Source of the DNA: Eledone cirrhosa | Taxonomy: Eukaryota | Reading direction: 5' to 3' | Length of the DNA: 64,000 nt | NCBI GenBank assembly: GCA_964016885.1 | Contig: OZ024744.1 | Location: 32,178,001 to 32,242,000, forward strand | In this document: piece after piece, positions 48,770 through 61,700 of the stretch | How the letters are laid out: each line of letters begins with the position of its first letter | Position numbering within the stretch: the first letter of the stretch is position 1 | Translations under genes and position numbers: made by a program | The notes under the pieces: generated by a model | What the model was told of the DNA's origin: nothing | The model's database searches: none | What the model saw: the letters and a program-made list of their open reading frames with translations, nothing else

Positions 48770-51700
48770 GATCCGATACTATGCACATCTGGTTAGAATG
48801 CATCAGGAAATCAGAGAGTCATTCCAGGTAGAGCTGCTTCTTCCCCGAATTGAGAGATCACAGATCCGTAACTATGGGCATGTGGTTAGAATGTCTCAGG
48901 AGATCAGAGAGTCACTCCAGGTTTAGCTGCTTCTTCTCCGAATTGAGAGATCACAGCTCTGATACAATGGACATTTGGTTAGAATGACTCAGGAGATCAG
49001 AGAATCACTTCAGGTATAGCTGCTACTTCTCTGAATTGAGAGATCACAGATCCGATACTATGGACATGTGGTTAGAATGCCTCAGGAGATCAGAGAGTCA
49101 CTCCAGGTAGAGCTGCTACTTCCCCGAATTGAGAGATCACAGATCTGATACTATGGACATGTGATTAGAATGTCTCAGGAGATCAGAGAGTCACTCCAGG
49201 TAGAGTTGCTACTTCCCCGAATTGAGAGATCACAGATCCGATACCATGCAAATCTGGTTAGAATATCTCAGGAGATCAGAGAGTCAATCCAGGTAGAGCT
49301 GCTACTTCCCCGAAATGAGAGATCACAGATCCGATACTATGGACATGGGGTTAGAATGTCTCAGGAGATCAGAGAGTTACTCCAGGTAGAGCTGCTACTT
49401 CCCCGAATTGAGAGATCACAGATATGATACTATGGACATGTGATTAGAATGTCTCAGGAGATCAGAGAGTCACTCCAGGAAGAGTTGCTACTTCCCCGAA
49501 TTGAGAGATCACAGATCCGATACCATTCAAATCTGGTTAGAATATCTCAGGAGATCAGAGAGTCAATCCAGGTAGAGCTGCTACTTCCCCGAAATGAGAG
49601 ATCACAGATCCGATACTATGGACATGGTGTTAGAATGTCTCAGGAGATCAGAGTGTCACTTCAGGTAGAGCTGCTACTTCTCCGAATTGAGAGATCACAG
49701 ATCCGATACTATTGACATGTGGTTAGAATGTCTCAGGAGATTAGACAGTCACTCCAGGTAGAGCTGCTACTTCCCCGAATTGAGAGATAAAAGATCCGAT
49801 ACTATGGACATGTGGTTAGAATGTCTCAGCACATCAGAGAGTCACTCCAGGTAGAGTTGCTACTTCTCCGAATTGAGAGATCACAGATCCGATACTATGC
49901 ACGTCTGGTTAGAATGCATCAGGAAATCAGAGAGTCATTCCAGGTAGAGCTGCTTCTTCCCCGATTTGAGAGATCACAGATCCGTAACTATGGGCATGTG
50001 GTTAGAATGTCTCAGGAGATCAGAGAGTCACTCCAGGTTTAGCTGCTACTTCTCCGAATTGAGAGATCACAGCTCTGATACAATGGTCATTTGGTTAGAA
50101 TGTCTCAGGAGATCAGAGAATCACTTCAGGTATAGCTGCTACTTCTCTGAATTGAGAGATCACAGATCCGATACTATGGACATGTGGTTAGAATGCCTCA
50201 GGAGATCAGAGAGTCACTCCAGGTAGAGTTGCTACTTCCCCGAATTGAAAGATCACAGATACGATACCATGCACATCTGGTTAGAATATCACAGGAGATC
50301 AGAGAGTCAATCCAGGTAGAGCTGCTACTTCCCCGAAATGAGAGATCACAGATCCGATACTATGGACATGGTGTTAGAATGTCTCAGGAGATCAGAGAGT
50401 CACTTCAGGTAGAGCTGCTACTTCTCCGAATTGAGAGATCACAGATCCGATACTATGGAAATCTGTTTAGAATGTCTCAGGATATCAGAGACTCACTCCA
50501 GGTAGAGCTGCTACTTCCCCGAATTGAGAGATCAAAGATCCGATACTATGGACATGTGGTTAGAATGTCTCAGCAGATCAGAGAGTCACTCCAGGTAGAG
50601 CTGCTACTTCCCCGAATTGAGAGATCACAGATCCGATACTATGAACATCTGTTTAGAATGTCTCAGGAGATCAGAGAGTCACTCCAGGTAGAGCTGCTAC
50701 TTCCCCGAATTGAGAGATCAAAGATCCGATACTATGGAGATGTGGTTAGAATGTCTCAGCAGATCAGAGAGTCACTCCAGGTAGAGTTGCTACCTCTCCA
50801 AATTGAGAGAACACAGATCCGATACTATGCACATCTGGTTAGAATGCATCAGGAAATCAGAGAGTCATTCCAGGTAGAGCTGCTTCTTCCCCGAATTGAG
50901 AGATCACAGATCCGTAACTATGGGCATGTGGTTAGAATGTCTCAGGAGATCAGAGAGTCACTCCAGGTTTAGCTGCTTCTTCTCCGAATTGAGAGATCAC
51001 AGCTCTGATACAATGGACATTTGGTTAGAATGTCTCAGGAGATCAGAGAATCACTTCAGGTATAGCTGCTACTTCTCTGAATTGAGAGATCACAGATCCG
51101 ATACTATGGACATGTGGTTAGAATGCCTCAGGAGATCAGAGAGTCACTCCAGGTAGAGCTGCTACTTCCCCGAATTGAGAGATCACAGATCTGATACTAT
51201 GGACATGTGATTAGAATGTCTCAGGAGATCAGAGAGTCACTCCAGGTAGAGTTGCTACTTCCCCGAATTGAGAGATCACAGATCCGATACCATGCAAATC
51301 TGGTTAGAATATCTCAGGAGATCAGAGAGTCAATCCAGGTAGAGCTGCTACTTCCCCGAAATGAGAGATCACAGATCCGATACTATGGACATGGGGTTAG
51401 AATGTCTCAGGAGATCAGAGAGTTACTCCAGGTAGAGCTGCTACTTCCCCGAATTGAGAGATCACAGATCTGATACTATGGACATGTGATTAGAATGTCT
51501 CAGGAGATCAGAGAGTCACTCCAGGAAGAGTTGCTACTTCCCCGAATTGAGAGATCACAGATCCGATACCATTCAAATCTGGTTAGAATATCTCAGGAGA
51601 TCAGAGAGTCAATCCAGGTAGAGCTGCTACTTCCCCGAAATGAGAGATCACAGATCCGATACTATGGACATGGTGTTAGAATGTCTCAGGAGATCAGAGT

Positions 51701-52890
51701 GTCACTTCAGGTAGAGCTGCTACTTCTCCGAATTGAGAGATCACAGATCCGATACTATTGACATGTGGTTAGAATGTCTCAGGAGATTAGACAGTCACTC
51801 CAGGTAGAGCTGCTACTTCCCCGAATTGAGAGATAAAAGATCCGATACTATGGACATGTGGTTAGAATGTCTCAGCAGATCAGAGAGTCACTCCAGGTAG
51901 AGTTGCTACTTCTCCGAATTGAGAGATCACAGATCCGATACTATGCACGTCTGGTTAGAATGCATCAGGAAATCAGAGAGTCATTCCAGGTAGAGCTGCT
52001 TCTTCCCCGATTTGAGAGATCACAGATCCGTAACTATGGGCATGTGGTTAGAATGTCTCAGGAGATCAGAGAGTCACTCCAGGTTTAGCTGCTACTTCTC
52101 CGAATTGAGAGATCACAGCTCTGATACAATGGACATTTGGTTAGAATGTCTCAGGAGATCAGAGAATCACTTCAGGTATAGCTGCTACTTCTCTGAATTG
52201 AGAGATCACAGATCCGATACTATGGACATGTGGTTAGAATGCCTCAGGAGATCAGAGAGTCACTCCAGGTAGAGTTGCTACTTCCCCGAATTGAAAGATC
52301 ACAGATACGATACCATGCACATCTGGTTAGAATATCACAGGAGATCAGAGAGTCAATCCAGGTAGAGCTGCTACTTCCCCGAAATGAGAGATCACAGATC
52401 CAATACTATGGACATGGTGTTAGAATGTCTCAGGAGATCAGAGAGTCACTTCAGGTAGAGCTGCTACTTCACCGAATTGAGAGATCACAGATCCGATACT
52501 ATGGAAATCTGTTTAGAATGTCTCAGGAGATCAGAGACTCACTCCAGGTAGAGCTGCTACTTCCCCGAATTGAGAGATCAAAGATCCGATACTATGGACA
52601 TGTGGTTAGAATGTCTCAGCAGATCAGAGAGTCACTCCAGGTAGAGCTGCTACTTCCCCGAATTGAGAGATCACAGATCCGATACTATGAACATCTGTTT
52701 AGAATGTCTCAGGAGATCAGAGAGTCACTCCAGGTAGAGCTGCTACTTCCCCGAATTGAGAGATCAAAGATCCGATACTATGGAGATGTGGTTAGAATGT
52801 CTCAGCAGATCAGAGAGTCACTCCAGGTAGAGTTGCTACCTCTCCAAATTGAGAGAACACAGATCCGATACTATGCACATCTGGTTAGAA
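48770..52890 (+). repeat. Higher-order tandem duplication, 2 x 2046 bp (22 monomers)
   Basis: ORF-track entries recur at +2046 with few differences: 49161/51207, 49440/51486, 49812/51858, 50184/52230. Confidence 0.88.
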
Positions 52891-55800
52891 TGCATCAGGA
52901 CATCAGAGAGTCATTCCAGGTAGAGCTGCTTCTTCCCCGAATTGAGAGATCACAGATCCGAAACTATGGGCATGTGGTTAGAATGTCTCAGGAGATCAGA
53001 GATTCACTCCAGGTTTAGCTGCTACTTCTCCGAATTGAGAGATCAGAGCTCTGATACAATGAACATTTGGTTAGAATGTCTCAGGAGATCAGAGAGTCAT
53101 TCCAGGTGGAGATGCTACTTCCACGAATTGAGAGATCACAGATCCGATACTATGGCCATCTGGTTAGAATGTCTCAGGAGATCAGATAGTCTCTCCAGGT
53201 AGAGCTGCTACTTCCCCGAATTGAGAGATCACAGATCTGATACTATGGACATCTGGTTAGAATGTCTCAGGAGATCAGGGAGTCACTCCAGGTAGAGCTG
53301 CTACTTCTATGAATTGAGAGATCACATCTCTGATACTATGGACATGTGGTTAGAATAACTCAGGAGATCACAGATTCACACATGGTGGAGCTGCTACTTC
53401 TCCGAATTGAGAGATCACAGATAGGATGCTTTGGTCATGTGGTTAGAATGTCTCAAGAGATCAGAGAATCACTCCAGCTAGAGCTGCAACTTCTCCGAAT
53501 TGAGAGATTACAGCTCCGATACTATGGACATGTGGTTAGAATGTCTCAGGAGATCAGAGAGTCACTCCAGGTAGAGCTGCTACTTCTCTGAATTGAGAGA
53601 TCACAGATCCGATACTATGGTGATGGGGTTAGAATGTCTTAGGAGATCAGATAGTCACTCCAGGTAGAGCCGCTACTTCTCTGAATTGAGAGATCACATC
53701 TCTGATACTATGGACATGTGGTTAGAATAACTCAGGAGATCACAGATTCACTCATGGTGGAGCTGCTACTTCTCCGAATTGAGAGATCACAGATCCGATA
53801 CTATGCACATCTGGTTAGAATGTATCATGAGATCAGAGAGTCAATCCAGGTAGGGCTGCTACTTCTCTGAATTGAGAGATCACATCTCTGATACTATGGA
53901 CATGTGGTTAGAATGTCTCAGGAGATCAGGGAGTCACTCCGGGTTGAGCTGCTACTTCTCCGAATTAAGAGATTACAGCTCCGATACTATGGACATCTGG
54001 TTAGAATGTCTCAGGAAATCAGAGAGTCACTCCAGGTAGAGCTGCTACTTCCCCGAATTGAGAGATCACAGATCCGGTACTATGGACATGTGTTTAGAAT
54101 GTCTCAGGAGATCAGAGTGTCACTCCAGGTAGAGCTGCTATTTCCCCGAATTGAGAGATCACAGATCCGATACTATGGACATCGGGTTAGAATGTCTCAG
54201 GAGATCAGAGAGTCACTCCAGGTAGAGCTGCTACTTCTCTGAATTGAGAGATCACAGATCCGATACCATGCACATCTGGTTAGAATGTCTCAGGAGATCA
54301 GAGAGTCAATCCAGGTAGAGCTGCTACTTCCCCGAAATGAGAGATCACAGATCCGATATAATGGACATGGTGTTAGAATGTCTCATGAGATCAGAGAGTC
54401 ACTTCAGGTATAGTTGTTACTTCTCCGAATTGAGAGATCACAGATCCGATACTATTGACATGTGGTTAGAATGTCTCAGGAGATCAGACAGTCACTCCAG
54501 GTAGAGCTGCTACTTCCCCGAATTCAGAGATCAAAGATCCGATACTATGGACATGTGGTTAGAATATCTCAGCAGATCAGAGATTCACTCCAGGTAGAGC
54601 TGTTTCATCTCCGAATTGAGGGATCACAGATCCGATACTATGGTCATGTGGTTAGAATGTCTCAGGTGATCAGAGAGTCACTCCAGGTAGAGCTGCTACT
54701 TCCCCGAATTGAGAGATCACAGATCCGATACTATGAACATCTGTTTAGAATGTCTCAGGAGATCAGAGAGTCACTCCAGGTAGAGCTGCTACTTCCCCGA
54801 ATTGAGAGATCAAAGATCCGATACTATGGAGATGTGGTTAGAATGTCTCAGCAGATCAGAGAGTCACTCCAGGTAGAGTTGCTACCTCTCCAAATTGAGA
54901 GAACACAGATCCGATACTATGCACATCTGGTTAGAATGCATCAGGAAATCAGAGAGTCATTCCAGGTAGAGCTGCTTCTTCCCCGAATTGAGAGATCACA
55001 GATCCGTAACTATGGGCATGTGGTTAGAATGTCTCAGGAGATCAGAGAGTCACTCCAGGTTTAGCTGCTTCTTCTCCGAATTGAGAGATCACAGCTCTGA
55101 TACAATGGACATTTGGTTAGAATGTCTCAGGAGATCAGAGAATCACTTCAGGTATAGCTGCTACTTCTCTGAATTGAGAGATCACAGATCCGATACTATG
55201 GACATGTGGTTAGAATGCCTCAGGAGATCAGAGAGTCACTCCAGGTAGAGCTGCTACTTCCCCGAATTGAGAGATCACAGATCTGATACTATGGACATGT
55301 GATTAGAATGTCTCAGGAGATCAGAGAGTCACTCCAGGTAGAGTTGCTACTTCCCCGAATTGAGAGATCACAGATCCGATACCATGCAAATCTGGTTAGA
55401 ATATCTCAGGAGATCAGAGAGTCAATCCAGGTAGAGCTGCTACTTCCCCGAAATGAGAGATCACAGATCCGATACTATGGACATGGGGTTAGAATGTCTC
55501 AGGAGATCAGAGAGTTACTCCAGGTAGAGCTGCTACTTCCCCGAATTGAGAGATCACAGATCTGATACTATGGACATGTGATTAGAATGTCTCAGGAGAT
55601 CAGAGAGTCACTCCAGGAAGAGTTGCTACTTCCCCGAATTGAGAGATCACAGATCCGATACCATTCAAATCTGGTTAGAATATCTCAGGAGATCAGAGAG
55701 TCAATCCAGGTAGAGCTGCTACTTCCCCGAAATGAGAGATCACAGATCCGATACTATGGACATGGTGTTAGAATGTCTCAGGAGATCAGAGTGTCACTTC

Positions 55801-58760
55801 AGGTAGAGCTGCTACTTCTCCGAATTGAGAGATCACAGATCCGATACTATTGACATGTGGTTAGAATGTCTCAGGAGATTAGACAGTCACTCCAGGTAGA
55901 GCTGCTACTTCCCCGAATTGAGAGATAAAAGATCCGATACTATGGACATGTGGTTAGAATGTCTCAGCAGATCAGAGAGTCACTCCAGGTAGAGTTGCTA
56001 CTTCTCCGAATTGAGAGATCACAGATCCGATACTATGCACGTCTGGTTAGAATGCATCAGGAAATCAGAGAGTCATTCCAGGTAGAGCTGCTTCTTCCCC
56101 GATTTGAGAGATCACAGATCCGTAACTATGGGCATGTGGTTAGAATGTCTCAGGAGATCAGAGAGTCACTCCAGGTTTAGCTGCTACTTCTCCGAATTGA
56201 GAGATCACAGCTCTGATACAATGGACATTTGGTTAGAATGTCTCAGGAGATCAGAGAATCACTTCAGGTATAGCTGCTACTTCTCTGAATTGAGAGATCA
56301 CAGATCCGATACTATGGACATGTGGTTAGAATGCCTCAGGAGATCAGAGAGTCACTCCAGGTAGAGTTGCTACTTCCCCGAATTGAAAGATCACAGATAC
56401 GATACCATGCACATCTGGTTAGAATATCACAGGAGATCAGAGAGTCAATCCAGGTAGAGCTGCTACTTCCCCGAAATGAGAGATCACAGATCCAATACTA
56501 TGGACATGGTGTTAGAATGTCTCAGGAGATCAGAGAGTCACTTCAGGTAGAGCTGCTACTTCACCGAATTGAGAGATCACAGATCCGATACTATGGAAAT
56601 CTGTTTAGAATGTCTCAGGAGATCAGAGACTCACTCCAGGTAGAGCTGCTACTTCCCCGAATTGAGAGATCAAAGATCCGATACTATGGACATGTGGTTA
56701 GAATGTCTCAGCAGATCAGAGAGTCACTCCAGGTAGAGCTGCTACTTCCCCGAATTGAGAGATCACAGATCCGATACTATGAACATCTGTTTAGAATGTC
56801 TCAGGAGATCAGAGAGTCACTCCAGGTAGAGCTGCTACTTCCCCGAATTGAGAGATCAAAGATCCGATACTATGGAGATGTGGTTAGAATGTCTCAGCAG
56901 ATCAGAGAGTCACTCCAGGTAGAGTTGCTACCTCTCCAAATTGAGAGAACACAGATCCGATACTATGCACATCTGGTTAGAATGCATCAGGACATCAGAG
57001 AGTCATTCCAGGTAGAGCTGCTTCTTCCCCGAATTGAGAGATCACAGATCCGAAACTATGGGCATGTGGTTAGAATGTCTCAGGAGATCAGAGATTCACT
57101 CCAGGTTTAGCTGCTACTTCTCCGAATTGAGAGATCAGAGCTCTGATACAATGAACATTTGGTTAGAATGTCTCAGGAGATCAGAGAGTCATTCCAGGTG
57201 GAGATGCTACTTCCACGAATTGAGAGATCACAGATCCGATACTATGGCCATCTGGTTAGAATGTCTCAGGAGATCAGATAGTCTCTCCAGGTAGAGCTGC
57301 TACTTCCCCGAATTGAGAGATCACAGATCTGATACTATGGACATCTGGTTAGAATGTCTCAGGAGATCAGGGAGTCACTCCAGGTAGAGCTGCTACTTCT
57401 ATGAATTGAGAGATCACATCTCTGATACTATGGACATGTGGTTAGAATAACTCAGGAGATCACAGATTCACACATGGTGGAGCTGCTACTTCTCCGAATT
57501 GAGAGATCACAGATAGGATGCTTTGGTCATGTGGTTAGAATGTCTCAAGAGATCAGAGAATCACTCCAGCTAGAGCTGCAACTTCTCCGAATTGAGAGAT
57601 TACAGCTCCGATACTATGGACATGTGGTTAGAATGTCTCAGGAGATCAGAGAGTCACTCCAGGTAGAGCTGCTACTTCTCTGAATTGAGAGATCACAGAT
57701 CCGATACTATGGTGATGGGGTTAGAATGTCTTAGGAGATCAGATAGTCACTCCAGGTAGAGCCGCTACTTCTCTGAATTGAGAGATCACATCTCTGATAC
57801 TATGGACATGTGGTTAGAATAACTCAGGAGATCACAGATTCACTCATGGTGGAGCTGCTACTTCTCCGAATTGAGAGATCACAGATCCGATACTATGCAC
57901 ATCTGGTTAGAATGTATCATGAGATCAGAGAGTCAATCCAGGTAGGGCTGCTACTTCTCTGAATTGAGAGATCACATCTCTGATACTATGGACATGTGGT
58001 TAGAATGTCTCAGGAGATCAGGGAGTCACTCCGGGTTGAGCTGCTACTTCTCCGAATTAAGAGATTACAGCTCCGATACTATGGACATCTGGTTAGAATG
58101 TCTCAGGAAATCAGAGAGTCACTCCAGGTAGAGCTGCTACTTCCCCGAATTGAGAGATCACAGATCCGGTACTATGGACATGTGTTTAGAATGTCTCAGG
58201 AGATCAGAGTGTCACTCCAGGTAGAGCTGCTATTTCCCCGAATTGAGAGATCACAGATCCGATACTATGGACATCGGGTTAGAATGTCTCAGGAGATCAG
58301 AGAGTCACTCCAGGTAGAGCTGCTACTTCTCTGAATTGAGAGATCACAGATCCGATACCATGCACATCTGGTTAGAATGTCTCAGGAGATCAGAGAGTCA
58401 ATCCAGGTAGAGCTGCTACTTCCCCGAAATGAGAGATCACAGATCCGATATAATGGACATGGTGTTAGAATGTCTCATGAGATCAGAGAGTCACTTCAGG
58501 TATAGTTGTTACTTCTCCGAATTGAGAGATCACAGATCCGATACTATTGACATGTGGTTAGAATGTCTCAGGAGATCAGACAGTCACTCCAGGTAGAGCT
58601 GCTACTTCCCCGAATTCAGAGATCAAAGATCCGATACTATGGACATGTGGTTAGAATATCTCAGCAGATCAGAGATTCACTCCAGGTAGAGCTGTTTCAT
58701 CTCCGAATTGAGGGATCACAGATCCGATACTATGGTCATGTGGTTAGAATGTCTCAGGTG
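50577..58760 (+). repeat. Higher-order tandem duplication, 2 x 4092 bp (44 monomers)
   Basis: ORF-track entries recur with identical translations at +4092: 51207/55299, 52230/56322, 53346/57438, 53904/57996. Confidence 0.92.
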
Positions 58761-61700
58761 ATCAGAGAGTCACTCCAGGTAGAGCTGCTACTTCTCCGAA
58801 TTGAGAGATTACAGCTCCGTTACTATGGACATCTGGTTAGAATGTCTCAGGAGATAAGACAATCACTCCAGGTAGAGCTGCTACCTCCCCAAATTCAGAG
58901 ATCAAAGATCCGATACTATGGACATCGTGTTAGAATGTCTCAGGATATCAGAGAGTCACTTCAGGTAGAGCTGCTACTTCTATGAATTGAGAGATCACAT
59001 CTCTGATACTATGGACATGTGGTTAGAATGTCTCAGGAGATCAGAGAGTCACTTCAAGTAGAGCTTCTACATATCTGAATTGAGAGATCACAGCTCTGAT
59101 ACTATGGACATCTGGTTAGAATGTCTCAGGAGATCAGACAGTCACTCCAGGTAGCGCTGCTGTTTCTCCGAATTGAGAGATCACAAAGCCGATACTATGG
59201 CCATCTGGTTAGAATGTCTCAGTAGATCAGAGATTCAATCCAGGTAGAGTTGCTACTTCTCCGAATTGAGAGATCACTGATCCGATACTATGGACATGTG
59301 GTTAGAATGTTTCAGCAGATCAGAGAGTCACTCCAGCTTGAGCTGCTACTTCTCTGAATTGAGAGATCACATTTCTGATACTATGGACATGTGGTTAGAA
59401 TGTCTCAGGAGATCAGAGAGTCACTCCAGGTAGAGCTGCTACTTCTCTGAATTGAGAGATCACAGAGCCGATACTATGGCCATCTGGTTAGAATGTCTCA
59501 GGAGATCAGAGAGTCAATCCAGGTAGAGTTGCTACTTCTCCGAATTGAGAGATCACAGATCCGATACTATGGACATGTGATTAGAATGTTTCAGCAGATC
59601 AGAGAGTCACTCCAGCTTGAGCTGCTACTTCTCTGAATTGAGAGATCACAGATCAGATACTATGGACATGTGGTTAGAATGTCTCAGGAGATCAGACAGT
59701 CACTCCAGGTAGAGTTGCTACTTCTCCGTATTGAGAGATCACAGATCCGATACTATGCACATCTCGTTAGAATTTATCATGAGATCAGAGAGTCAATCTA
59801 GGTAGAGCTGCTACTTCCCCGAATTGAGAGATCACAGCTTTGATACTATGGACATGTGGTTAGAATGTCTCAGGAGATTAGAGAGTCACTCCAGGTAGGG
59901 CTGCTACTTCTCTGAATTGAGAGATCACATCTCTGATACTATGGACATGTGGTTAGAATGTCTCAGGAGATCAGGGAGTCACTCCGGGTTGAGCTGCTAC
60001 TTCTCCGAATTAAGAGATTACAGCTCCGATACTATGGACATGTGGTTAGAATATCTCAGCAGATCAGAGAGTCACTCCAGGTAGAGCTGCTACATCTCCG
60101 AATTGAGAGATCACAGATCCGATACTATGGACATCTGTTTAGAATGTCTCAGGAGATCAGAGAGTCACTCCAGGTAGAGCTGCTACTTCCCAGAATTGAG
60201 AGATCAAAGATCCGATATTATGGACATGTGTTAGAATGTCTCAGCAGATCAGAGAGTCACTCCAGGTAGAGTTGCTACTTCTCCGAATTGAGAGATCACA
60301 GATCCGATACTATGCACATCTGGTTAGAATGCATCAGGACATCAGAGAGTCATTCCAGGTAGAGCTGCTTCTTCACCGAATTGAGAGATCACAGATCCGA
60401 AACTATGGGCATGTGGTTAGAATGTCTCAGCAGATCAGAGAGTCACTCCAGGTTTAGCTGCTACTTCTCCGAATTGAGAGATCACAGCTCTGATACAATG
60501 AACATTTGGTTAGAATGTCTCAGGAGATCAGAGAATTGCTTCAGGTATAGCTGCTACTTCTCTGAATTGAGAGATCACAGATCCGATACTATGGACATGG
60601 GGTTAGAATGTCTCGGGAGATCAGAGAGTCATTCCAGGTAGAGATGCTACTTCCCCGAATTGAGAGATCACAGATCTGATACTATGGACATCTGGTTAGC
60701 ATGTCTCAGGAGATCAGACAGTCACTCCAGGTAGAGCTGCTACTTCCCCGAATTCAGAGATCAAAGAACCGATACTATTGATATGTGGTTAGAATGTCTC
60801 AGGATATCAGAGAGTCACTTCAGGTAGAGCTGCTACTTCTCTGAATTGAGAGATCACATCTCTGATACTATGGACATGTGGTAAGAATGTCTCAGGAGAT
60901 CAGAGAGTCACTTCAAGTAGAGCTGCTACATATCTGAATTGAGAGATCACAGCTTTGATACTATGGACATCTGGTTAGAATGTCTCAGGAGATCAGACAG
61001 TCACTCCAGGTAGAGCTGCTACTTCCCCGAATTGAGAGATCACAGATCCGATACTATGGACATGTGGTTAGAATGTTTCAGCAGATCAGAGAGTCACTCC
61101 AGCTTGAGCTGCTACTTCTCCGAATTGAGAGATCACAGTTCTGATACTATGGACATGTGGTTAGAATGTCTCAGGAGATCAGAGAGTCACTCCAGTTTCA
61201 GCTGCTAATTTTCCGAATTGAGAGATCACAGCTCCGATACTATGGACATGTGGTTGGAATGTCTCAGCAGATCAGAGAGTCACTCCAGGTAGATCTGCTG
61301 CATCTCCCATTTGAGAGATCACAGACCCGATACTATGGACATCTGTTTAGTATGACTTAGGAGATCAGAGAGTCACTCCAGGTAGAGCTGCTACTTCCCC
61401 GAATTCAGAGATCAAAGATCCGATACTATGGACATATGGTTAGAATATCTCAGCAGATCAGAGAGTCACTCCAGGTAGATCTGCTGCATCTCCCATTTGA
61501 GAGATCACAGACCCGATACTATGGACATCTGTTTAGTATGACTTAGGAGATCAGAGAGTCACTCCAGGTAGAGCTGCTACTTCCCCGAATTGAGAGATCA
61601 AAGATCCGATACTATGGGCATGTGGTTAGAATGTCTCAGCAGATCAGAGAGACACTCCAGGTAGTGTTGCTACTTCTCCGAAATGAGAGATCACAGATCC

